From assembly GCA_963850165.1 (NCBI GenBank), contig CAWKKK010000010.1, positions 56,799 to 120,798 of the forward strand: a DNA stretch of 64,000 nucleotides. Reading direction: 5' to 3'. Every line of letters starts with the position of its first letter. The first letter of the stretch is position 1. Origin of the DNA: an uncultured Acidobacteriaceae bacterium. GTDB taxonomy: Bacteria > Acidobacteriota > Terriglobia > Terriglobales > Acidobacteriaceae. Below the pieces are notes generated by a model. The model did not search any database, was not told the origin of the DNA, and saw only the letters and a list, made by a program, of their open reading frames with translations. The position numbers were made by a program, and so were the translations under genes. This document shows positions 1-8,319 of this stretch, piece by piece.

Positions 1-1016
1 GTGATGCCGAAAGCAGCGCGCTCGAACTCGACTTGCTTCTCGTGCGATGCGTGCGGGGCGTGGTCGGTGGCGATCGCGTCCACGGTGCCGTCGGCGAGCG
101 CGACCAGAATGGCTTCGCGGTCGGTCGCCGAGCGCAGCGGCGGGTTCATCTTGAAATTCGTGTCGTACTCGCCTACGTCTTCGTCGAGCAGAGTAAAGTG
201 GTGCGGCGTGACCTCGCAAGTGACGCGAACCTTGCCGCGTTTGCCGCGGCGCACCGCCTTGAGCGCGTCGGAAGTGGAAAGATGCGCCACATGCAGTCGC
301 GATTCGCGAATCTGTTGCGCGAGATTAACGTCGCGGTCCACGATTTCGGCTTCGGCGGCGGCCGGCATGCCGCGCAAGCCAAGACGAAAACTGGTCGGGC
401 CTTCGTGCATGGAGCAGTGCTCCGTGAGCCGCGTATCTTCGGCGTGCTGCACCACCGGCAGATTCAATTCGGCGCCAAGGCGCAGCGCGGCGCGCATCAC
501 TTCGTCGTCAAGAATCGGTTTGCCGTCGTCGGTAACAGCCACTGCGCCCGCCCGCTGCAGGGCCGCAAAATCAGTGAGTGCCGCACCGCGCGAGCTGCGC
601 GTGGCGGCGGCGATGGGGAAGACGTTCACCACGGCGCCGCGCTCAGGATGCCGCAACCACGCGACCCATTCGTCGGTGTCGACCACGGGCATGGTATTCG
701 GCATGGTGCAGACCGAGGTAAAACCTCCGGCGGCGGCAGCGGTGGTGCCGGTAGCGATCGTTTCCTTGTAGCTTTGTCCCGGCTCGCGCAGGTGAACGTG
801 CAGATCGATGAATCCCGGGGCAACGATCAGCCCGCGCGCGTCGAACTTCTCGTCACCTCCGCCACGCACCTTGCCGGGCAGCGCTACCTCGGCGACGCGG
901 CCATCGCGCAGCAGCACATCCATAGGCGCGTTGATCTTCGCCGCGGGATCGATCACATGCCCGCCTTTGATCAGCAGGCTCGCGCTTTCTCGTCGTTGGC
1001 TCTTAGCACTCAGCAT
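1..1016 (-). CDS. pyrC: dihydroorotase, N-terminal ~338 codons (3' end beyond the left window edge)
   Basis: Absent from the ORF track because it runs off the edge. My reverse translation from ATG at 1016 reads MLSAKSQRRESASLLIKGGHVIDP..GLIVAPGFIDLHVHLREPGQSYKETI..VTPHHFTL..DAIATDHAPH. These are the classic dihydroorotase metal-binding motifs. Lies directly downstream of pyrB. Confidence 0.85.
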   Translation of the reverse strand, partial: MLSAKSQRRESASLLIKGGHVIDPAAKINAPMDVLLRDGRVAEVALPGKVRGGGDEKFDARGLIVAPGFIDLHVHLREPGQSYKETIATGTTAAAAGGFTSVCTMPNTMPVVDTDEWVAWLRHPERGAVVNVFPIAAATRSSRGAALTDFAALQRAGAVAVTDDGKPILDDEVMRAALRLGAELNLPVVQHAEDTRLTEHCSMHEGPTSFRLGLRGMPAAAEAEIVDRDVNLAQQIRESRLHVAHLSTSDALKAVRRGKRGKVRVTCEVTPHHFTLLDEDVGEYDTNFKMNPPLRSATDREAILVALADGTVDAIATDHAPHASHEKQVEFERAAFGI

Positions 1017-1053
1017 TCAGCCAGCTCCGTGTTGATCCGTGCAAATCCGTGGC

Positions 1054-1968
1054 TCATTTACCTTTCCCCAACGCCCGCGCCAGAATCGCCATGCGTGTGG
1101 GGACACCATTGTGAACTTCGTCGATGATCACCGATTGCGGACCGTCAGCCACTTCAGCAGTCAACTCCAGTCCGCGAATAATCGGTCCAGGATGCATGAC
1201 GATGGCATCGCGCCGGGCCAGCTTCAGCCGCGCCACCGTCATCTGGTAGCGCGAGACGTAGTCCTGCAGGCGAATCTTCAGACCGGCGAGGCGTTCTTTC
1301 TGCAGGCGCAATAGCATGACCACATCCGCCCCACGCAACGCCTCTTCAATATGCCGCGTGACCCGCAGACCGGGGGCGAGCGTTGCGGCAACCTCAGGCA
1401 CAAACTCAAGTGGACCACACAACGTCACCTTCACTCCAAACTTCGACAGCAGATGGCAGGCCGAGCGCGCAACGCGGCTGTGGAAGATGTCCCCGATGAT
1501 CGCCACCTGCAAACCTTTGAACGATTTCTTGTGTTTCAGGATGGTGAAAGCATCGAGCAAGGCCTGCGAAGGATGCTCATGCATTCCGTCGCCCGCATTG
1601 ATGACGGGAATATCCAGGTGCTTCGCCATCAGGTGAGGTGCTCCCGCACAAGGATGCCGGATCACGATGGCGTCTGCGCCCACCGCGCGCAGAGTGTAGC
1701 CGGTGTCGAGCAGGGATTCGCCTTTCTCGATGCTCGATCCCGAAGATTGCACCAGGGTAGTGATGGCGCCCAGCGACTTGGCGGCGATCTCGAAAGAAGA
1801 GCGCGTGCGCGTGGACGCTTCATAAAACAGCAGCACGATGCGTTTGTTGCGCAACAGCGGACGCGCCTTGAGCGGATTCATCCGCCGGGCCAGCTTCAGC
1901 AGGCCCAGGATTTCCTTGTCCTCGAGGTGCTCGATGCCGAGCAGTGAACCGCGTGCCGGCTTGTTCAT
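1054..1968 (-). CDS. pyrB: aspartate carbamoyltransferase catalytic subunit
   Basis: 304-aa ORF with the STRTR carbamoyl-phosphate motif, HPSQ and the overall ATCase layout. Followed by pyrC. Confidence 0.95.
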   Translation of the reverse strand: MNKPARGSLLGIEHLEDKEILGLLKLARRMNPLKARPLLRNKRIVLLFYEASTRTRSSFEIAAKSLGAITTLVQSSGSSIEKGESLLDTGYTLRAVGADAIVIRHPCAGAPHLMAKHLDIPVINAGDGMHEHPSQALLDAFTILKHKKSFKGLQVAIIGDIFHSRVARSACHLLSKFGVKVTLCGPLEFVPEVAATLAPGLRVTRHIEEALRGADVVMLLRLQKERLAGLKIRLQDYVSRYQMTVARLKLARRDAIVMHPGPIIRGLELTAEVADGPQSVIIDEVHNGVPTRMAILARALGKGK

Positions 1969-1978
1969 CGTATAAAGC

Positions 1979-2004
1979 TCATCGCGTAAGGTTCATCGCG
2001 TAAG
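1979..2004. repeat. two copies of TCATCGCGTAAG (period 14) in the pyrB 5' leader
   Basis: Exact 12-nt direct repeat at 1979-1990 and 1993-2004, 10-36 nt upstream of the pyrB start at 1968. Confidence 0.6.
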
Positions 2005-2125
2005 AATTCAAACGGTGCATCATACGCGGCCAGCGCGGCCCCGGCAAGGCGGGGTCCAGCCGTTGGTCACACCGCAGAAATGCGGGATCGGTCGCTTCGG
2101 GCGATAGGCTAGGGAAGGCAACAGC

Positions 2126-2812
2126 TTACGGCCGGTTCCGGCGGCCGAAAAACGCGCCAGTCAGGGCCCCACCGATGCTGCCTGCGGCAACGGAGATCAG
2201 GAACAAACCTACCATCCCGAGGCTCAATTTGGCGGCCAGGCCTTCTGGCTTGCTTAGAAGGTCAAGGACGGCTTGCACTTGCGGGTCATGCGAGCGAGCG
2301 GCAACCTGCTGCAGAGCTTCGATCATCTCCTGGCGAACCTGCCCGCCGGATTGCAGCACTGCCAGAAAGATGACAAAGAAAATGCCGAATACCGCCGACG
2401 AGAGAATACCGGTCACCGCGCCCAGTTGCGCTCCAGAGCGGGCGTCGATTCCCCTGGTTGGGTTTCGGCGCTGGTAAAAAATGACTGCCAAACATCCAGC
2501 GCCCAACGTGGCCAACGGCGGAACCATCAGCCGCAGGAACATCACTGCGAGCGAGATCAAGGCGGCAATCGCGCAAGCGCGAAACGCCCGCCGCCAGTCG
2601 ATCCCGGCAGAAAGCGTGGGAACACTCAGAGGCGCTGAAACGCCAGGCGGGTCCAGGGAGAAAACGGGCGGGTCATTTAATGGAACATTCCCCGCGACGG
2701 GCGCTACCGCCGGCTCCGGCATGGCCACGCGAATCTGCGGCGCTCCGCACTGCAGGCAGAAGGGTTTGCCGTCTTCGGTGTTGTGCCCGCACTTGTAGCA
2801 GGGATGGTCCAT
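2126..2812 (-). CDS. zinc-ribbon membrane protein (hypothetical)
   Basis: ORF 2126-2896. The likely start is the internal ATG at 2812 (MDHPCYKCGHNTEDGKPFCLQCGAPQ, a CxxC..CxxC ribbon). About four hydrophobic helices follow. Confidence 0.6.
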   Translation of the reverse strand: MDHPCYKCGHNTEDGKPFCLQCGAPQIRVAMPEPAVAPVAGNVPLNDPPVFSLDPPGVSAPLSVPTLSAGIDWRRAFRACAIAALISLAVMFLRLMVPPLATLGAGCLAVIFYQRRNPTRGIDARSGAQLGAVTGILSSAVFGIFFVIFLAVLQSGGQVRQEMIEALQQVAARSHDPQVQAVLDLLSKPEGLAAKLSLGMVGLFLISVAAGSIGGALTGAFFGRRNRP

Positions 2813-2850
2813 CGGAGTCTGGAGCAGGGCTAGCCTGAAGGTATCGCACG

Positions 2851-4956
2851 ATGAGCGGCAGGCGCAAGGCGGAGCCAAAAGCCCGGCGCACAGCAAGATC
2901 GATCATTCCCGAGATCGATCATTCCGCCATTGCGTTGCGCCGCATCTCCTGCTTAAATGTGGGCTCCGATTCAAAATACATGGTTGGAGCCGATCCCGCG
3001 ATGCGGTGGTACTTCGGATTCTTCTTCGTATCGGGTTTTTGCAGCATCCTCTACGAGATCATCTGGGTTCGGCTGGCGATGGCCCAGTTCGGTGTCACCA
3101 CCGCGCTGGTCTCCATTGTGCTTTCAGCGTTCATGGTTGGCCTGGGCCTCGGCTCCTGGGGTTCTGGATACTTAACGCGCAGATACGGGGACAGGATCCA
3201 CTTTCCTGCACTGCGTCTTTATGCAGCCACGGAACTGCTGATCGGCGTCTCGGCTGTGATCGTGCCCCACCAGCTGTCGGCAGGACGCGAGCTGATTCAG
3301 CAAAACATCAGCCCGATGGCTTTGTCATCTTCCGGATATTACTTGTCGGCCGGCCTGTGGATTGCCCTGACCTTGATCCCATGGTGCGCATGCATGGGAG
3401 CGACTTTCCCCTTTGCCATGCTCGCCATCAAGGGCAACGCTCCGCCAGACAGCGGCCGGTCTTTCAGCTATCTTTACGTGGCGAACGTATTGGGAGCGGT
3501 CTCGGGCGCTGTTGTTCCTCTGCTCCTGATTGAACTGCTTGGCTTTCACCGGACGCTCTATGTGGGAGCAACCCTGAATTTCCTGCTGGCCTGTTGCGCC
3601 TTCACGTTGTCGTTGGGTACGCCGGCTGCGGTCAGACACCAGATCGTCCCGCGCTCAGAGCAAAACATCAAGACGAATTCGACCGAGCCCGCTTCGGTCG
3701 AGAGCGCGCGAAGCAAGTCGGAAAAGAAGCTGCTGTGGTTGCTGCTGGCCACCGGCCTCACCAGCATGGGTGTGGAGATCGTTTGGATAAGAATGTATGC
3801 CCCATCTCTGGGCACGGTGGTCTATGCGTTCGCAGCGATCCTCGCCTCCTACCTCGGTACGACCTATCTCGGATCCTGGGCCTACCGCTTGAAGCGCAAC
3901 CAGCTCAGCCTGGACAACAGCTTTCTCTGGACTCTGCTCGGATTCTGCGTTTTGTTCCCGTTTCTCACGGCCGATCCCAGGGTGCCGCTGCCGGCGCTGC
4001 TGCGGCTGGTGCTGGGCGTCGCGCCGTTCTCAGGCCTGGTCGGGTTCCTGACCCCAATGATTGTGGATCAATACTCCCACGGTGATCCCGATCGTGCCGG
4101 CAGTGCATACGCCGTGAACATCGTGGGCTGCGTGCTTGGTCCGCTGATCTCAGGCTTTGTGTTGCTGCCATGGATTGGCGAGCGCTTGGCTCTCTGCGCG
4201 TTTGCGCTTCCGTGGTTCGCGGTCGGTTTGCTCTTCGCTCCCCGGTCCATTCGCGAATCTTCGCGAAGCCTGGTGGTGGCGTCGATGCTGGTCCTCGGTT
4301 CGCTGGCTTTGGTGGTCTCCACGAAAGGATATGAGGAACAGTACACACCGCGCGAGGTCCGCCGCGACAGCACGGCAACAGTCGTCGCAACCGGTTCTGG
4401 CTTCGGCAGGCGGCTCTTGATCAATGGCCAGGGGATCACCACCTTGTCGCCGGTGACCAAAATGATGATTCACCTGCCACTGGCGTTTCGGCCAGGGCCG
4501 CCGGAAAATGTGCTCATCATCTGTTTTGGAATGGGGACCACGTACCGCTCGGCGCTTTCCTGGCACGTCCCGTCAACCGCCGTTGAGTTAGTCCCGAGCG
4601 TGCCGCCTCTGTTTTCCTTCTTCCATCACGACGCGCCCAGCCTGGATGCCCACCTGTCGCGCATCGTGATCGATGACGGGCGCTCCTTTCTGGAACGCTC
4701 CCGGGAACAGTACGACGCGATTGCGATCGACCCGCCTCCGCCCGTACAAGCCGCCGGCTCCAGTTTGCTCTACTCCAAGGAGTTTTACGCAATCGCGAAT
4801 GCACACCTGCGAGCCGGAGGGATTCTTGCGCAGTGGCTCCCTGATGGAGATCGTGCGACCCGCGCATCGGTAGCCCGCGCCCTGCAGGAATCGTTTCTTA
4901 CGTCCGCGCCTTCGGATCCGTGGAGGGTTCCGGCATCCATTTTCTGGCGAGCATGA
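2851..4956 (+). CDS. fused polytopic membrane / spermidine synthase-like protein; reading frame breaks near 4897
   Basis: Many N-terminal TM helices, then a class I MTase/spermidine-synthase-like block (VLIICFGMGTTY..IVIDDGRSFL..YDAIAIDPPPP..LYSKEFY). An alternative start is ATG 2980 (MVGADPAMRWYFGFFF). The last 20 codons look out of frame. Confidence 0.75.
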   Translation: MSGRRKAEPKARRTARSIIPEIDHSAIALRRISCLNVGSDSKYMVGADPAMRWYFGFFFVSGFCSILYEIIWVRLAMAQFGVTTALVSIVLSAFMVGLGLGSWGSGYLTRRYGDRIHFPALRLYAATELLIGVSAVIVPHQLSAGRELIQQNISPMALSSSGYYLSAGLWIALTLIPWCACMGATFPFAMLAIKGNAPPDSGRSFSYLYVANVLGAVSGAVVPLLLIELLGFHRTLYVGATLNFLLACCAFTLSLGTPAAVRHQIVPRSEQNIKTNSTEPASVESARSKSEKKLLWLLLATGLTSMGVEIVWIRMYAPSLGTVVYAFAAILASYLGTTYLGSWAYRLKRNQLSLDNSFLWTLLGFCVLFPFLTADPRVPLPALLRLVLGVAPFSGLVGFLTPMIVDQYSHGDPDRAGSAYAVNIVGCVLGPLISGFVLLPWIGERLALCAFALPWFAVGLLFAPRSIRESSRSLVVASMLVLGSLALVVSTKGYEEQYTPREVRRDSTATVVATGSGFGRRLLINGQGITTLSPVTKMMIHLPLAFRPGPPENVLIICFGMGTTYRSALSWHVPSTAVELVPSVPPLFSFFHHDAPSLDAHLSRIVIDDGRSFLERSREQYDAIAIDPPPPVQAAGSSLLYSKEFYAIANAHLRAGGILAQWLPDGDRATRASVARALQESFLTSAPSDPWRVPASIFWRA

Positions 4957-5240
4957 GCCCCATCCCGCAGGAATCCGCTTCGCAACTGGCTGAGCGCCTG
5001 CCCGCAGGCGCTGCCGCTGACTTGGTCGAGTGGGGGCCTGCGTCTTCCCCGGAGCAGATGTTCAAGGTTGTTTTAGACAGCGAGATGTCGTTGGCCGGGA
5101 TTATTCAGGAAGACCCCGAAGCTCCCGCCCTGCGCGACGATCGCCCGGTCAACGAATACTTTCTGGTTCGAAGGCTCCGCGATCCCCGCTTTCTACAAAC
5201 CATCGCGCAGCGTCTGTTTAATCGCAAAGAATATTTCTGA
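4899..5240 (+). CDS. C-terminal continuation of the spermidine synthase-like gene in another frame
   Basis: The frame containing ORF 4920-5240 reads YVRAFGSVEGSGIHFLASMSPIP.., the expected continuation after ..ARALQESF. One base appears to be missing at 4897-4898. Confidence 0.55.
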   Translation, partial: YVRAFGSVEGSGIHFLASMSPIPQESASQLAERLPAGAAADLVEWGPASSPEQMFKVVLDSEMSLAGIIQEDPEAPALRDDRPVNEYFLVRRLRDPRFLQTIAQRLFNRKEYF

Positions 5241-5263
5241 AAGTTGTCTGCGGCACAATCAGA

Positions 5264-5318
5264 TCACGCCAACAGCTCGGCGGCGTCTTTGGCGTAGTGG
5301 GTCAAGATGATACTGGCC
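5264..5318 (-). pseudogene. relic copy of the hemB 3' end (last 17 codons plus stop)
   Basis: Reverse translation is ASIILTHYAKDAAELLA*, against the hemB C-terminus [17 protein letters not shown] at 7030-7084. By my hand alignment 44 of 55 nt are identical. Confidence 0.7.
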
Positions 5319-5507
5319 TTCTTCGGCCAGCTCAATTCGTTCAGCTACAGCAGTTTCTGTAACGAAACCCGAACAGTCCGAAGAACCAACGGCGTCAAAT
5401 TCATGCCCCAAGATGTGTGCAATTCTGAACAGACGGGGCTGACGAACCTTCGATACTCTTCCGATATATGTAGGGCCATGTGTGAAGGGGCAGAAAGCTG
5501 TTTGCGT

Positions 5508-6332
5508 ATGCCTAAAGTTTTACTGGCCGAGGACGATGATGCTGTCCGCGATATGTTGCGGGCGGCGCTGGAGCGTGATGATTTCGAGGTCGTTGCCGTC
5601 GCGAACGTATGCGAAGCGCTTAGCCGCATCGCCGTGGAGAGCTTTGATGTGTTGCTCTCTGACCTGCACATGCCGCTAGCCGGAGATGGCTTCACGGTGG
5701 TCAGCGCCATGCGCCACACCCATCCCCACGCTGTCACGCTGGTGCTTAGCGGTTACCCAGAGCTGGACGAAGCCTTGGCGGCCATCCGCCTACAGGCTGA
5801 CGAAGTGCTTGTGAAACCGATCGAGATCGCCTCACTCCGGAAAATTATCCGCGAAAAGCTCAAGAACCCGGTAACTCGTCCGCGGCTTCCCGCAAAGAGC
5901 GTGGCCTCAATACTGGAGCAGGACCTCGAGGCTACGGTTCACGCCTGGATGGCCCTGGTGGAGCGCGACCAAGAGCTGACCTGCATCGCTTTGAACTTTG
6001 AAGATCGTACGGGCCATCTTCCCAACCTGCTTGCCGATTTGATTTACCGCTTGCGCCTGCCTTCAACCGCGAAGGCCAACTTCTCCCTCGCCGCGCACGA
6101 GCACGGAAATCTGCGACGCCGTCAAGGCTACTCTGCGGCGATGACGGTCGAGGAATCGCGAATCCTGCAGGTCAGCATCTTTAACACGCTACAAAACAAT
6201 CTGTCCAGCGTGGACTTCAGCCAGGTTTTGCTTGACGTGATGACGATCGCAGACGAAGTTGACTCGCAACTGAAGCAGGCCATGCTCAGCTTCGTCCAGC
6301 CCGAACCCGGCACCGCCCGGCCGGCGGCCTAG
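5508..6332 (+). CDS. response regulator: receiver domain plus a C-terminal helical domain (possibly RsbRD_N-like)
   Basis: Start at ATG 5508 (MPKVLLAEDDDAVRDML..DVLLSDLHMP..VLSGY..KP), a typical REC fold. The C-terminal half has no DNA-binding motif that I recognise. ORF track gives 5307-6332. Confidence 0.8.
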   Translation: MPKVLLAEDDDAVRDMLRAALERDDFEVVAVANVCEALSRIAVESFDVLLSDLHMPLAGDGFTVVSAMRHTHPHAVTLVLSGYPELDEALAAIRLQADEVLVKPIEIASLRKIIREKLKNPVTRPRLPAKSVASILEQDLEATVHAWMALVERDQELTCIALNFEDRTGHLPNLLADLIYRLRLPSTAKANFSLAAHEHGNLRRRQGYSAAMTVEESRILQVSIFNTLQNNLSSVDFSQVLLDVMTIADEVDSQLKQAMLSFVQPEPGTARPAA

Positions 6333-6342
6333 AGCCTGAGTC

Positions 6343-6974
6343 TCAATTGGGCTGGTCGAGTAGCTTTCCCACTTCGGTGCTGAGGCGGGCCGGGTTGACG
6401 CACAACAGCAAACTGGGATCTGCTCCGTCGAGCTGATGCATCCAGAACGTGGGATGCGGTGGTTGCTGTCCGTCCCAGGTAATTCCCGGCTTGTAAATCA
6501 GGTACACGTCCCAAGCGATCTCGTGGAGATCGAGAGTTGCCCCGAAAAGCTTGCCAACATCGCGACTGCTATCCCAGCCCTGCGAGATGCGAGCATCCCG
6601 AACCGTTTCAGCTTGCTTGGCAGCGGCCGCGGGGCTGTCGCCGTCACGCATCGGCTCCCATACCAAAAGCGCTTGCAGCTTGGGCGACGGGAACTTCTTG
6701 AGAATGCCGCCCACGATCGCGTGCCCGACTGACAATCTGAGCAGGTGGGAGAAAGAAGAGCGACGATACGAATTCTCTGGTTCGAAGCGTTGAACTCCTT
6801 ACGCAGGTCCTGTGTGCTGAGTAAGGACAGGGGAGCAGCGGGCGTGCTCGTACGAGCGGCAGGTTGTTCGGTTCTGTGGGCAGAAGAGTGGCAGCAGTCC
6901 TGAGGAGCAGCCGAAGCACAAGTCCATCCCAGGGTGAGAACTACGGCCGCGAAAAGTGAACGGAGTTTTCGCAT
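6343..6974 (-). CDS. secreted thioredoxin-fold protein with a CSDC motif; frameshifted near 6721-6735
   Basis: AAGGAGG RBS precedes ATG 6974. It encodes signal peptide MRKLRSLFAAVVLTLGWTCASA and ..IVALLSPTCSDC (track ORF 6498-7022). The sequence then continues in another frame as VGHAIVGGILKKFPSPKLQALLVWEPM.. (track ORF 6343-6735). Confidence 0.6.
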
Positions 6975-7029
6975 CGGCTTTACCTCCTTCAGCGTGCTCC
7001 TGCTTACGGCCGCGCCCTCCACAGTGCGC

Positions 7030-8160
7030 CTATGCCAACAGCTTGGCGGCGTCCTTGGCGTAATAGGTCAGAATAATGCTGGCCCCAGCCCGCCGGATGC
7101 TCTGCAGAGATTCCATCATGACGCGGTCGCGCTCGATCCAGCCGTTGCGGGCGGCGGCTTCGATCATGGCGTATTCGCCGGAGACTTGATACGCGGCCAG
7201 CGGCACGTCGAAACGCAGACGGGCGGCGGCAATTACGTCGAGATAAGGCATCGCCGGCTTGACCATGATCATGTCGGCGCCTTCTTCGATATCGAGTTCG
7301 ATTTCGCGCATGGCCTCGCGCACGTTCGCTCCATCCATTTGATAAGAGCGGCGGTCGCCGAATTGCGGCGCGGAGTCGGCAGCCTCGCGGAACGGCCCGT
7401 AGAATCCCGAGGCGAACTTCGCAGCGTAGGAAAGAATCGGCGTGTTGATGAACCCAGCTTCGTCAAGAGCGCGCCGAATCGCGGCGACGCGGCCATCCAT
7501 CATGTCGGAAGGCGCGATGACGTCGATTCCGGCGCGAGTGAGCGAGACGGAAGTGCGGGCCAGAAGTTCGAGGCTGGCATCGTTGTCGATTTCGAACTTG
7601 GATTCAACCGCGCTGGCCACGATCGATGCCAGCTCGTCGATGACCTTCAACTTCTCCTCGTCGTTCTTGACGGCCACCGTTCTCGTTCCCCGCCTGGCAT
7701 GCAAAGCATCTCTGGCGGCTGCTCCCAGCGACATCGGCGTGGCCGCAGATTTCACGATCCCGCAGTGTCCGTGCGACATGTACTCGCAGAGGCAGACGTC
7801 GCCCATCAGAATCAGGCCGGGGACTTCGCGTTTCATGGCACGGGCAGCCTGCTGCACGATGCCGTCGTCGGCCCAGGCTCCCGAGGCCACATCATCCTTT
7901 TTGTCGGGAAGACCGAACAGAATCACCGCTGGCACGCCCAGGGAATGAACCTCCTGCGCCTCTTTCACCGCCTCATCCACCGAGAGGTTGAACACGCCTG
8001 GCATGGATCGAACTTCCTTGCGCACACCTTCCCCGGGGCAAACGAACATGGGGTAGACGAAGGCCTCGGGAGAGAGGCGGGTTTCACGCACCAAGTCACG
8101 AAGCTGCGCGGTGCGGCGGAGACGGCGAAGACGGGTAACAGGAAAGGCCATCGAAACCAC
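7030..8160 (-). CDS. hemB: porphobilinogen synthase (delta-aminolevulinate dehydratase)
   Basis: Motifs [58 protein letters not shown] and YQVSGEY. Carries about 45 extra residues after HGHCG. An alternative start is ATG 8151. Confidence 0.93.
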   Translation of the reverse strand: MVSMAFPVTRLRRLRRTAQLRDLVRETRLSPEAFVYPMFVCPGEGVRKEVRSMPGVFNLSVDEAVKEAQEVHSLGVPAVILFGLPDKKDDVASGAWADDGIVQQAARAMKREVPGLILMGDVCLCEYMSHGHCGIVKSAATPMSLGAAARDALHARRGTRTVAVKNDEEKLKVIDELASIVASAVESKFEIDNDASLELLARTSVSLTRAGIDVIAPSDMMDGRVAAIRRALDEAGFINTPILSYAAKFASGFYGPFREAADSAPQFGDRRSYQMDGANVREAMREIELDIEEGADMIMVKPAMPYLDVIAAARLRFDVPLAAYQVSGEYAMIEAAARNGWIERDRVMMESLQSIRRAGASIILTYYAKDAAKLLA

Positions 8161-8319
8161 CTGGCAAGAATTAAGCGCCTTTCAACCCCTGATTCTAGCA
8201 GGAGTAGCGCAGCGTAAGGACCCAAGACCAAAGACCCGATTCCCCCAGGTGACGAAAGTAACCCGCGGCGCGGGAAGCAAGGCAAGAATCCCCGATCATG
8301 TCCATAAAATGGGAGGCGG

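Noticed and set aside
1-1127. Long plus-strand ORFs 1-771 and 33-1127
   Set aside because: Arg/Ala/Gly-rich GC-shadow translations with no motifs. The opposite strand encodes an unmistakable dihydroorotase across the same interval.
6934-8217. 427-aa plus-strand ORF
   Set aside because: Antisense to hemB, which has textbook motifs. The composition is typical of high-GC antisense frames.
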